Shown: positions 39,108-51,859 of the stretch, piece by piece
How positions within the stretch are numbered: position 1 is the first letter of the stretch
Layout of the letters: the number at the start of each line of letters is the position of its first letter
From: Botryllus schlosseri
Taxonomy: Eukaryota
Direction of reading: 5' to 3'
DNA: 64,000 nt
NCBI GenBank assembly: GCA_051294905.1
Contig: CM119372.1
Span: forward strand, 32,180,001 to 32,244,000
Notes under the pieces: generated by a model
What the model saw: only the letters and a program-made list of their open reading frames with translations
Told to the model about the DNA's origin: nothing
Databases searched by the model: none
Program-made: the position numbers and the translations under genes

Positions 39108-40352
39108 CAGGCCCGTAACTGCCGCACCCCAAACCCCCCAATGGGGGGTGGGCGAGCTCGAAGGGGGCCTAAAATTATTTCGTGAATTAGCATAAATTAT
39201 AAAGTATTTTTTGAAAATTTATGCAACTTTTTGAAAAATTTTTCGCGCCTTGCGCGATTTCAAGTTGCCAGTTATCTTGATTTTTGGGTACTCATCCCCC
39301 AAGAATAAATACTCAAGATTTATAGAAATGGGCATATCGGCGTTGGCCATTACTGCACCACGACGCACCAAGACATATTAAGTAGGCCCTGTAACATGCG
39401 ACTCCAACCAAGAAGTGTGCCAGAACGATCGGCAGCGAGAAAACCTTGGCCGGAAAGGACTGCCCTAATGCTGACCGAAAACTTCGTTATATATTACAAA
39501 ATACTGTCTTGGTAATCTGAACCTCACAAGACAAATACCATCCCACAGGGAAAAATTATATGCTAGTGAAGAAATACCAATTTGAAATTGTGTGCGTCTT
39601 TAAGCTTCCTAGCCTACGTTATGGCGATTCTATATATTTTATATAGCAGACAAGAGGTCACGAAATAACATCATGTTTAGGATTTATACCGACGGGCCCT
39701 ACAGTTTCCAAGACACCTCACTCAGCTCTACCGGTAAATCTGATTACTTGAGCAGAGAGGACAAGAAGTTTATAGCAATATATTTGCAATGCCCGATCTT
39801 ATTCACCGATTTTATCATGAATTTTCGCGCATCGCGCTGGCTCACTCGGCAGTAGCCTACCACTCATTCGTGGCAAAAGCGAACAAGATGATGTGGGGTA
39901 GGTTTATCATCCTATGGGAGCCCAAGGCCCAAGATTTTTTGCGGGGCCTGATGAAGTGCTGTTTCGTTCCTGCCAACGGGTATACGCCCGAAGATGTTTA
40001 ATTATATTATTGAGGGGTCCTACCTCTTCAAACACACCTCGCTCAGCTCTACCTTTAAATCTGATTACGTGATCAGAGAGAGGATAGAAATAAAAGCAAC
40101 ATATATGCAATTCCCGATCCTTTTGACCGATTGAACCATGAATTAAGGAATTATTCGCGCTTCGCGCGTTTGGACGAGAAAAGATGACCCACCAAACGCC
40201 CCTCAATGTAGATGAATTGAAAGTAGCGATAATTAGCGAACACTCTAAGGGGGGTCTGGGGGCGAAGCCCCCCAGAAGTTAGCTTCATCAACGTATGGGG
40301 GCCCCAAGACCAACGTTTTGGGGGGGCCTGGCGAAGTGCTGTTACGGCCCTG
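39108..40352. mobile_element. hAT-type non-autonomous element
   Basis: TIR CAGGCCCGTAAC / GTTACGGCCCTG; perfect TSD CCTACACT; internal duplication ~39712-39835 / ~40032-40170. Confidence 0.85.
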
Positions 40353-40769
40353 CCTACACTCCCACAGCAAAAGTCTGCAGATTCGTACGCACAATCGTCC
40401 GTACAAGTTACATGGAGGTGGAGGTATACAATGCTGTACAGTGTACACCTTCACTTCCATTAGCTATCCTACCACGCTATGATAGATGCGTGTATCGTAG
40501 CAGAGGTAGGTTCCAGAGCGAATGAAAAGTTTAGGAAATAGTATGTTTGTCAGTGGTTCTTACCGGTTAATAATCTGGGGGACTCTTACGTTAATCCGCA
40601 AGCCTTTGGGGACTACATATCTCTGCGGAGTCGCAAACAAAACAAAAAGATCCACCTCTTTACACATTTGACTACACATCTAATACATTATTATGAACAT
40701 TACTATGCATGAGTAGTGGTAATCCTGTGCAAAATCAGCGGTCTTGTCTGCCTACAATCGTCAGCTCCC

Positions 40770-41360
40770 TGAGGTGAACATAGCAGACGCTAAGTCACTC
40801 GTCCGCCTATATCCGCGAATACTCTGGCAGGATCTGTACGCTTGTGAAGATAAAGGGATGTAGGCTATTATAAGCATACTATAAGCATAGCTGCATTTCA
40901 ACGAAATTCCCGTCAATGCATGCATATCGGCAATTTGAGGTCATCATGTTCTGTTTGCGCTCCGGCCACTGTAGGCTTAACGCTCATTTGTTTAGAATAG
41001 GATGTTCAGATACTCCGCTTTGTCTTCATTGTAACATCGCCGAAAACGTCAACCATTTTCTACTGAACTGTGCAAGATATGATTTTCATCGGTCAGTTCT
41101 CATTGACTCCTTCCGTAATCATGATATCCCATTCACGACTTATTACTTCTTGGTCCTGCCCCAACTATGAACCCCTGTTGCCGAATTCGTGATATCATCT
41201 CGTAGAACCCTTTAATATTTGATCACTATATAGCCGAGGATGAATTACATTTCAAGTAACTTACACCAGAAGGTAATTATAGAACGGAACGCACCATTCC
41301 TTTACGGGGGATGAGTGCCACTACTACTTTTTACCATACACTAATAATAATATTAATAAT
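40770..41360 (+). mobile_element. 5'-truncated non-LTR retrotransposon (LINE) 3' end
   Basis: ORF2 C-terminal zinc-knuckle-like LRSGHCRLNAHLFRIG...CLHC...ENVNHFLLNC..Y...R; (TAA)n-like tail at ~41342-41360. Confidence 0.8.
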
Positions 41361-41364
41361 GTAT

Positions 41365-43090
41365 GAGGGGTGGGAATCCTGGGGCTCGTGAGCTATATAT
41401 GGCTCTTGTGGGAATAAGATATGGCTTTTGCTCATAGTTCTTGCTCATAATTGGTCAATATTGCAGCAACTTGTTGGTAAATTGTCATCGTGGCCAGTAT
41501 AATTATTGTTGGGATAGTATAAACATGTGTTTTAGAGGTCAAGGCAATGGCGTATTCAGGGTTAGCGGCTCGGATCCCATTTTATAAATCCTCAAATTTA
41601 AGTTTCTGACGCGTCAGTGACTAATATATATGCGAATTCGATGTAGGGCCTACCCGCCACGAAATCGAAATCAAAGTTTATAGTAAACATGGCGACGCTT
41701 ATACAGAGGTGGTCAAAGTAGTCAAGAAAGCTACTCAAGTAGAAGTAGAAGTAGCCAGGAAAAAATCTACTCAAGTACGAGTAGAAGTACTTCTTGAATA
41801 CGCCACCCAAAACTACTTGAAGTAGAAGTAGAATTGACTGACTTTAAATCTACTCAAGTAAGTAAGTAGTTTTGAAAACAGTCTCAATTCGTTCGCATTG
41901 ACTGTCAAAAGCTTCGAATTGAGTTTTGCGGAAGGTGCAGAAAGCTTGATTCGTATTGATGCATCCCACGAGGTATCAATTTTCGACTGAATAAGCATTT
42001 CTTCGCATCATGGGATGCAAATTATAGTATTGATATGAAAATGCGATACTAATCCTCTGTTTACTCCAACAGCACGTTTTAGAAAATATCATGGTATGGC
42101 GACCTTCCCCATATTATAAGGCCCGTAGTTTAGTCGAAGAGCAATACGGGGAAGTTGTATAGGATACGGTGTAAACACTTTGCGCGATTAGTACACGTCG
42201 ATAAAAAAATGATAGCTTTATTTTCGGAAAATACAGGCATTTCCACACTTGCTTTTATGCTTCAACAATCAACATGTATGTTCTGCAGACACAAGAACTG
42301 AAAGTAATTAGAACTCGAAGTATGATACTCGCAATTGAAAGCGAAGTACAAATACCACTTCTAAAAAGCCTAAACTATACTTCTACTTTTGTCCATAAAG
42401 CTTCAGAGGTGATCTGCTAAAACAGGTGTAACGTTCAAAAAGCTGGATTTTTCAGATTAGCAAGACACGTAACGGGCTGCTAGATTACGATATGATAGGT
42501 AATTGCTAGATTGCGAAACGGTAGTTTCGAAAGCTATGGTGGGTCATATTTACTGTGATGAAATATTTGATATGGGTGACAATGCGGTGTGAGCGGAACC
42601 AAGCAATCCGGTACCTAAATTATATTCACTGATACTTTTGTAAAAACATATTTGTCACACCATAACTACTGTGCGCGAAGCGCAACAAAATTTCTGGGCC
42701 TCACTTGACTTTTATGAATATTAAATGTTGGTACGCCGCGAAAACAGCCCCGAAATTCCTCAGACCATCTTTCGTATTGGGGGATTAAACTGCTTCTACT
42801 TGACAAACTGAAAATAGCGAAGAGTAAGTAAGTAGATCACAAAATATTATGAAGTAGAAGTAGAAGTAGAGAAAATCAGATCTACTTGAGTAAGTACCAG
42901 AAGTAGAGGAAAACTACATGAGTACTTCCAAAAAGTAGAAGTACTTCGTTACTGACCATCACCTCTGCGCTTATATGACTATGAAGTTTTCAAATGTAAA
43001 TGGTCTTCCTGGTCTAATGCGAGAAATGAACGGCCGTGAATTCACAATTAAAAATTAAAATTACCAACAACGCCATATCAAGTCACTTAC
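41365..43090. mobile_element. Older inverted family E relative hosting a family D copy (right boundary uncertain)
   Basis: 41365-41600 is reverse-complement similar to ~9430-9655 (GAGCTATATATGGCTCTT...ATAAGATATGGCTTTTG). Confidence 0.6.
41704..42967. mobile_element. Family D element (AGTAGA arrays), short copy
   Basis: TIR CAGAGGTGGTCA; perfect TSD CGCTTATA; collinear with both ends of 7928-11458. Confidence 0.9.
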
Positions 43091-43094
43091 TAGC

Positions 43095-43240
43095 TTTGTT
43101 GTTGTTTTTGTTCGTGGTAATTCATGGTTTTGTCGGCTATTCTGGTCATTTACACCAGGCAAATTTTTCGTCCTTTTATTTTGTAGATGCCGTCTTGTAG
43201 CACGGCCCACTTCTAGGTTTTTATAAGATACCGCTTACAC
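43095..43240 (-). mobile_element. 3' half of a family S2 SINE; the 5' half lies at 55032-55140
   Basis: ...ATAAGATACCGCTTACAC | GGATGAGATGGCGAGG... rejoins into the reverse complement of the intact 36978 copy. Confidence 0.8.
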
Positions 43241-43854
43241 CAGGGGTGTCAAACTTAACTTGCGTCGCAGCCGGATTCAAACCTTCAGATCACTCGCGGG
43301 CCGGATAAATCAAATGATTACAAGATGTTACCTCAAAATCCATGACCTCGTTTTTTTAATACTATATTACTAAGCCTATATACATAATGGTATCTATTAC
43401 ATATATTACGAATCATATTCGCAAACAATGGAATTGGCATAACGTACGATAATTGCCCTGTTAAATAGTTATAAACAGGAAGAACAGTGGCTGCAACGAC
43501 GATTTAACTTGGCATATTTCTATGCTCCCTTTGATTCAGCCGTAATCTGGCGTCAGTCCTGAGTATGCGTTGTGAGGAAATAGCCTCGCGGTCGTTGAAT
43601 CGAGACTCGACTTTCTGTGGAGGACGGCAATCTTTTGAGCCAAAACTGATACAAGAGTGCGATAACAAATATTTGAATTATATTTCTGTGACTATATTTC
43701 TCCGTGTGACCTGCATATACGGTTTCACATTGGCGTTTTTGCTTCTGTGAATATCTACATTTGGCTCATTTTTCACAAACCTCTGACGCCAGTGTGCATG
43801 CGCACTTTTGCCTTTCCGGAATTGGGTGTCAGTGCTTGCGATGCCTGCCTATGA

Positions 43855-44933
43855 CAGGGGCGGGCAACATACGGCCGCGGGCCGGATCCGGCCCGCTGAC
43901 AGTTTCCGTCTTACATGATAACAGTACTTGCTTACGTCAAATTTTAGTGACTGTTTGCCATTATATACGCAGCGTGCGAGAGTGGAGCTTACGCGTAAGA
44001 TCGTCGAATCGAGAAGATCGTCGAATCGAGAAGACTTGTAGTATCTGAATTTACGATGTACTCAACCCTGACATGTTGATATGTTCATATTTTGTTGGTT
44101 TTGTGGTACCGGGCTTATAAAACGCCCTGAAATATTAATTAAGGATTGCACCGTGTGTTGATTGATCAGAGAGAAACAGAAATGGCGGTGTTCTCCAATC
44201 CACACTATGTTCGTCACTATCGGCAAGAATGGCTTTGAAGTGACTTTCCTGTAGGTAAGTTGTTGCCAAACATCATGTTGTCGCCGCTGAATCAGATAAG
44301 CTAATTGAGTAGGCCTAGTTGTCAAGTTACCCTAATGATATCAGCTAACAATTTTCTCTATGGCTCAAGTTATTATCACGGTTTGTACTGACCGTGTGTG
44401 ACTGAGAGTAAAACAATTGGGGTCTGGCTATCCTGGCTATCCTCGCGCGTACAGCCGTCCGACGTAGGCCATTGAGAAGCGCACATTCATACACGCCATT
44501 GTATTCCTTAGTGGTGATCGTAGTTTGCCTTTTCCATGACCATGGCAGTAATTACATCGGCGATGCCGCAGTGTATAGTGACCAAACAAATCTTAGGAAA
44601 TGGCAGTAACGCGCAGGTGCACGCGCAGTCTTTACTAAGGGTTTCTACGTCCGACATGGAACTAGAGTTCAAAGAACTTGTTGACAGATTTGATCGACCA
44701 CAGTTTTCTCATTAAATTCAACAGATATAGAAGTACATTTCGTTATTAAATTCATTGAATTCCGTGTTTGGTTTCAATGCTTAATGAACTTATAGTCTTA
44801 ATTCGTTTTATACGATTTATTCCTTGTATATGTGGATAAATATGCGAATTATGTAGCGATTCAGGAATCCGGCCCGCCAAGTACTTCATATTCGCATATC
44901 CGACCCGCCGACTGGAGAAGTTGCCCACCCCCG
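43855..44933. mobile_element. hAT-type MITE
   Basis: Ends CAGGGGCGGGCAAC / GTTGCCCACCCCCG; TSD GCCTATGA / ACCTATGA. Confidence 0.8.
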
Positions 44934-45216
44934 ACCTATGACTTCAATGGTTTTTTTAAACCTAGTGACCATGACGAGTCTACTACGTTTGGCTTGTCAT
45001 GTTGTTCTTGGCGGTGGCCAATACTATTAGTTGATAACTATAACTAGTAAGCAATAAGAAATTCAGCAAGCTACATATTTAGTTAATCAATGAATAAAAT
45101 TCCTTTAGATTTCTAAACTTATAGCTTTGTAAGAAAATGTAGGTACCGTAATTGTTTCGCAGGAAAATGTAGGTTAAATAAATACCGGAATCTATTAGGA
45201 CTGGGCAAAATCTAGT

Positions 45217-48200
45217 CTCTACAAAAATTGACAAATTCGATCTCAACTCTCAAATGTCCTAAATTGATTTTTTAGAAGAAAAGTCTTGAAGACCAACTGG
45301 TCTTACATAGTACTTTCTGTCTCAAAAGTAAGACCCGAATTGCTGGTAAGTAGTAGCAGTGCTATGGGAGCATCCTTTTCAGCGATAGGTTTTGAGATAA
45401 GAAAAAGCGCGGCAGATCTGAATAGTGTTGGAATATTACTGTGATAATAAGTTTACAAGTCATTCACTAATTCACACCATAGCGTTATTGACAGGGTTGT
45501 AATGACTCGAGTCACGATTTTTTTGTGACTCGACTTGACTCGAGTCATTTTCTTGAAATGGAAAAATGACTCGACTCGACTCGAGTCAATATTTGGATTG
45601 ACTCGCCTTGTACTCGAGTCATTACGCATGACTCGACTCAAGTCATTGACTCGGCTTATTTTATATGACTTGAAGGTGAAGAAATTTGCGAATTACAATG
45701 GTTAGATCAACGCATGTGGCGAATTCTGTCGACATCACTATTTGTCACCACTGCTTTCGTTGCACTAGTCTGATATCAGATATGCCGTCGTAAAAACAAA
45801 AGACAATGGTATATAATAGCAAAGAGCAATGTATTGTACAAAATAATCCCTTGGTGAAGAGGTAATAGTACTCAAGACTTTTCAATTATACAAGCAAAAA
45901 ATCGAAGCAAAGTCCAATTAGAGCCGATGAAATGACTCAGATGGTCAAGTAGCCTACTTGGAAGATACTGATAAGCTCATGTGTAGATTTGAAGGCGATG
46001 ATTCTCTGTATTTTTGGGCGACTTGGATGAGTATCTAATGCTCTTCAGTGTGGTTTAAAATTGCTTTTCAATTCCTGCATCTAATGCACCAGTGGAACGT
46101 GTATCCAGTGGATGTGGATCATTCTAAGGCCATGCCGCCTCCACATATATGAGAATCTCCTTTCCACTTTAGTATTTTTCAAGTATAACTCATTGATTTG
46201 ATTTGCTGTCTGTGAAAACTCACAATACCCTCCGTCCATTTGACGTTTTGTTAGATATGTGCATTGTGCACGTGAGTAATAATGAAGGGCTAATGTTGTG
46301 TGATGTTTGTACAATAGGACCGATCAAAAATAACTTCTTTTTTATTCTACATGATGGCTACTTGATAAAATTGTTACGTTGCATAAAAAGAACACTGAAT
46401 CTGGCTTAATTTTATATGGTGGAATCAATGATATGAGAGGAGAAAATATTGGATTTGAAAATAAGTGGAGTATTTTTAGTGAGAAATGATTTCATATAAT
46501 ATAATTACATACTAGTAGTAAGTCGACTATTTTTTCATATTCAAAATATTCCACTCTAATAACTTCGCTTCTTCTAGTTGGAATTGAGCCAAATTTGCTA
46601 TGAATCATACTTTTACACAATCTAACAATATCATGAGGTAGCCGGTAAAATTCGAAAGTCTCTATTTGCAATTAATTCAAAATATTTTCTCTTGGCATTG
46701 CTTTCTACTGGTTGGAATTGAGCCAAATTTAAGTTCTTTCAGATAATCTTACAATTTTAAGAAGTAACATCCTTTTTAAGATTCTGCCCTCATTTTTAAG
46801 AATTTTTGGTAAATGTAGGGAAAATTCGACCAAGATAACAGTAAATCAGCACTAAAGTAACGCTCCGGCGACTACTTCGGGAGCTGAGCAGGATAGTTGA
46901 CATTTTTCTGGTCAACCACCTGATTTAATGTGAAAGCAAAACCGTACCTCTACATGAACGTTTATTTGTTGATTCACTACCAGCTTGTATCTAGACGTGA
47001 ATTCATAGGTTCTCTATCAGATAGTATGTAGACGTGAATTCGTTAATTCTCTATAAGCTATTTGTGAGCGGTCGTCGATGTGCTAGTAATAAAAACTGAG
47101 TGCTTGCATTTGTGATATATCAGACTGACAGATATTTGATTTAAAGTTCTAAGATTAGTAAAGTTATCGTATTGGCGGCCTGTCTCGTCTATCTGTAGCA
47201 TCGGTAAATGAGGCCAGGAACTGTCCGTTATCTGCCTAAATAAACATGTGCCAAGACTATGATAGGGACAAAATAAGCATGTTTGGCAAGCAAGGAATTC
47301 GATATCACCCAAGCAGGATTAAAAACATAAGTTGAACATGACTTCAATACTGTGACTTGTACTCGACTCGAGTCATGACACTATGACTCGGACTTGACCC
47401 TTAAAACGTTGACTTGGACTCGGACTCGAGTCGGTGATGAATTGAAAATGACTCGACTCGACTCGAGTCAAAACCACAAAAGTCAGATTGACTCGTGACT
47501 TGGAACCATGTGACTTGGTTACAACCCTGGTTATTGAGGTGCTTACCACTTACTACTCAATATGTAACACTCAAAACAATATATACGGCTGTCTGAGTCA
47601 ATACTAGCATTTATGGTGGGTCCGATTATTAAGACCAAGCTAAATTCGTCTTAAAAAGGAGACCAGAAAACTGAAGCACCAGAAATTGTCTTCAGAAGGT
47701 AGTTGTGTCTTCGTCTTGGGTTCTTATCTCATGATAACTTTCTGGTTGATCTCATTTTAAAGACCAGTTGGCCTTATTTCTAAGAACAGAGGCCATAATG
47801 TTTCTTGATTAGCAATATTCGTCTTAGAAACAAGGCCAGAAAAACTGAAGCATCAAAAATTGTCTCGCTCAGCTAGCTGTGTCTGGTGTTCATATCTTAT
47901 GACAAATTTCCGGTTTGATTTTTAAGACCAAAGACCGTATTGTTTCTTGATTAGACAAAATTCGTCTTAAGAACAAGACCAAATAATTGATGCATCAAAA
48001 ACTGTATTTATAAGCACATCTTTCCCATAAGATGCGCTTCTAGGTCTTATTTCAAAGACCGAACAAGCGTGAGAATTTTAGGCTACATAGTTTCAAAAAG
48101 TTGAATCAGTCTCAATTTAAAGACCTCACTTAATTAAGACTGATATTTGCTTAAAATGAGACCAAATCATTCTAATGTCTTAAATTTGATACCAAATTTG

Positions 48201-48219
48201 GTAATTTTTTCTTGTAGTG
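45217..48219. mobile_element. CACTA/CMC-like element with AAGACC/GGTCTT subterminal repeats
   Basis: Right end reads CACTACAAGAAAAAATTACCAAATT on minus; left end CTCTACAAAAATTGACAAATT; many AAGACC repeats; TSD not clean. Confidence 0.5.
45492..47529. mobile_element. Family C hAT-type element (GACTC arrays)
   Basis: TIR CAGGGTTGTAA / TTACAACCCTG; perfect TSD GTTATTGA. Confidence 0.88.
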
Positions 48220-48761
48220 ATACCCCCGAGTAATTTGATTCCGAATGATTATTAGGTTTCAAGGCGAGTATCAATAATTATAATTTCATAACAGTTCAGA
48301 TATGAATATTTTATGTAATAGAAAAAGAAGAGGCGGAAATTTGGTCATTAATATTTATATGTCGGATAGCAACTCTAAAACGTGAAAGAAGTGGAAAATA
48401 TGGACTTTACGGCCTTTAGAATATGGCGAAATGGGTATGGGAGACTGGGGACAATTGTAACAGTTTTTGTATTTTCGAACATTACGTGTTTTTCTCGTGG
48501 ATATTTTATTTCCAAACTTTTATATAAAGAAGCCAACAACTCGATAGTTGATATAAAAACGAAAATGGAACTCAATCAATAATCAATTATGAAAATTTTG
48601 GGTCGCGAAAATCGTCGCGAAAATGTTACAATCGTTCCGTACCCCGGGGCAATTGTAACGCCCACGCGGGGCAATTGTAACAGTGTCATTTATATCTAAA
48701 ACAAACGAAATGAACAACAATAATGGGAGCACAAATTGTACTATTGAATTAAACTAAAAAA

Positions 48762-51446
48762 CAGTGTTGGGATGACTCGAGTCATGACTTGACTCGAGTC
48801 AGACTCGAGTCACCTTTTTCGTATGACTTGACTTGACTCGAGTTACTTTGCTAAAATGACTTGACTTGACTTGACTCGGCCCATCAGAAATGTGGATTGA
48901 CTCGAGACTCGGAGCAAAATTCACGAGTCAATTTCAAGTCATCAAGTATTCGGTGTCGAGGAAAATCAATGTATCTTGCATATGTTCGGATTGTTCGCGA
49001 AACACTGGCGTAATCCGTGAGAGCGACCAGCCATTCAATGATCGTGTTTTACTTAGCCTCCATTGTTTTCTCACAATAGAATTGCCACGAACGAAGTTGT
49101 CGAAGCTTACAGCTTACCTCACGTTGTCGTAAAGTAGTAGTAAAGTTATTTAACACTAGAACGATCAAGTGGCTTTTTTGACGCATTTTCATTTTTGAAG
49201 TGCTGGCATTCAGTCATATCTTACGCTGTTCGGCTGAAACTTCTTGACTTTTATATATTTTATGTAGGCCACCTTACCTATGATTTTCATCACTCATCTA
49301 GTATAAATAAAAAAGTTATATACAGAACTACCTAGAACTACCGAGTGGCCTTTTTGACGTTTTACGGTTTTTCTACCTTAAGGCATCGCAGTTTCATATT
49401 CTTGAAAGTGGTTATGTATCTGCTAAACGCAGAAAAGTCGTTTATAACAACAGAACTTTGTTAATATCGACTTGGTCTATCTGTGTTAGCAACAACATCC
49501 CTTGTAATAGAAGGCTTTGGATCTTCCTCGTTCCGAGTCACCAAAGCTCTGTAATATTATATTTCTGAAACTCAGCGTACGTGTTACAGGACATGACATT
49601 TGAAATGTACCATTAGACCAAGCCGACACCTGTATTGTTCATACTAATATACTAGGATTGTACAAGAGCAAAGGGCCTTTGCTCTGGTCAGCGAGATGGA
49701 TCTTCGGGGGGAGAGGGAGCTGGATCTTGTAAATTGAATGCATATGAGGACTTAGGGCATGAGTGCATTATGTTTAGTCAGACCCTCTCGAGGAACAAGT
49801 TTATGGAAGTCATGAGCTTTCTATTGACATAAGGAGTAAAAAAGGTATAGACTCGATAAAGATAATATTGTTTTCGTTTATTACATGGTCGAAATGCCAG
49901 CAAATAATTGTGGTAAAATGTCAGATGGTGGACGCTGCTGCTACCAAGTATTTGTACAAGGGCGTATCATATTTAGGCAAGGATAGGATCGGACACCTCT
50001 TTTATAACTATACATTTGCCAAGCATAGTAATGTGAAGAGTCTGATGTAATCCATCTTGAAACAATGTTACATGAATGTGGCTGTATACGCTTTGAGAAG
50101 CAAACGAAGTCCCAGTTGACACCATTGTCAAAAGTTGCTTGAAGCTACCCAGGACCAGAAGGAGCACAGGCAGCTTCATGTAGCCACACTTTTCAAAGCT
50201 ATCATCTTGTTGATAAGCGTAAAAGCGAGATGCCAGTGTAGAGATCGAAGTTGTACACATATATATTGAGTTCACTGCAACCGGAGGTAACTGTTTCCTT
50301 CAGAAACAACACAAACAATAAACCAGTGACGGTTAAATGTTATAACGAAACAAAACCAGGGGGATATCATTGGCCAGGTTGCAAGGCAGTATTCTATGAG
50401 GGCACCAACAAGTCGACGATGGTCCGTGCATGTTTTCTTAGAATGTGAATTATCTTCTACTTGCAAAATGCCGATACTATAAAAATATGCAAATCGAGGA
50501 TTAGTTGCGAGATTGCATTATGCAAATCTTATCTGATAAGCTTTGTGATATGCCAGCAATAACCAAGAATGGTGATGTAGCTAAAGCGGGTCAGGAACCT
50601 ACTCCAAATTTTTAAAGAACGTGCTCAAATACCAAATGCGCACCAGAACAACATTAATATGTTACACCAAAAAACGGCGATTTGTTATATAAGTATTGCA
50701 CTAAGGTGTGTCTAAAATAATGTAAGTAGCTGTGAGCGCAATAAACCATGGTGTCCGATGCCGTTTGTTGAGATTTGTGCTGATTTTTAGCTCCGTTGAA
50801 TGCATTTAATCGAAGAAAATTTAACATGCGTCAAAAAAGCCACAAGGTTGTTCTAGGTTGTTCGAAGTTCCGGTAGTTCTAGTGTTAATAGCAGAATATA
50901 TCTATCTGCTCTCTGTTCTTACCTTGGCTAAACATTTTTGTTTTATTGAAATTGAATGCGAATATAGTTTATATTCTTCTCAACCATTGGCGCAGGCTCG
51001 AATTGTATCATATCAATATGGCATTGGTTAATGTATTGCATCCTATTCATTGGCTGGTAACTATAAACTAGGTCTATACAATTACTTACGTAGTTTACCA
51101 GCTCTGTGAGCGATAAAGCGCCTTCTTGCGTGTATATTTAACTCTATATTCGTTCATAGGCTCAGAATCAATGACCACCCAATCTGTATTTCAGACAGCT
51201 AGCAAAATGCAATGACTTACTCATGCCTCATACTTCGAAAAGGCAACTTGACTTGAATTGTGACTTGACTCGTGACTTGACTTGACTTGACTCGACTTGA
51301 CTCGAGTCATTTTCAAAAATCGAGTGACTTGACTTGACTCGAGTAACTTTCGAAAATCGATTGACTTGACTTGACTCGAGTCAAAATGTGCAATGACTCG
51401 AAATGACTCGTGACTCGGTAGTAGTGACTTATTGATCCCAACACTG
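48762..51446. mobile_element. hAT-type element with GACTT/GACTC arrays (family G) containing a piggyBac
   Basis: TIR CAGTGTTGGGAT / ATCCCAACACTG; perfect TSD CTAAAAAA; piggyBac-free inverted copy at 60840-61768. Confidence 0.9.
49154..50884 (+). mobile_element. Decayed piggyBac-family transposon
   Basis: TTAA on both sides; TIR CACTAGAAC / GTTCTAGTG; internal inverted repeat TGGCTTTTTTGACGCA / TGCGTCAAAAAAGCCA; relic peptides TLSRNKFMEVMSFL, SYLGKD, KPVTVKCYNETKPG. Confidence 0.88.
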
Positions 51447-51859
51447 CTAAAAAATAGAAATTTGTATGCTTCCAGGCTATGTCCCCTCGCATTTTTGGAA
51501 TCTGAATATATTATCATCTTTCGTGCCTTCTGCATGAGCTCAAAGTGTACAAGAAACACATTCATTCCATTATCTCCCTACACATATTCGGCCTCTTTTA
51601 CCAAGGTGCTGTAGCTCAGCGTGCATAATGGGTTGGGCATTCGGTCATCTGCGAAGATGCGAAACCGACCTGGCTGAAATATATTTGTTGAATGGGCTGA
51701 TGATAGTGTAGCAAAACGAGGACACAACATTGTGTGGCATCAAAGCTAATGGTATTCTTCTGTTCCGTACAAAATTGAAATAAATTTTTCACACAAGCCC
51801 TGCTCAAAGTCAGGGGATGAGGATTCAGTCATGGACAAGTTCTTAAGTGACCATTGAAT

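Noticed and set aside
48770..51425. GACTC/GACTT repeats (also 6125-6686, 45492-47529, 60840-61768) as CRISPR-like or satellite arrays
   Set aside because: 5-bp units without unique spacers or cas genes; bounded by TIRs and 8-bp TSDs, so they are transposon subterminal repeats
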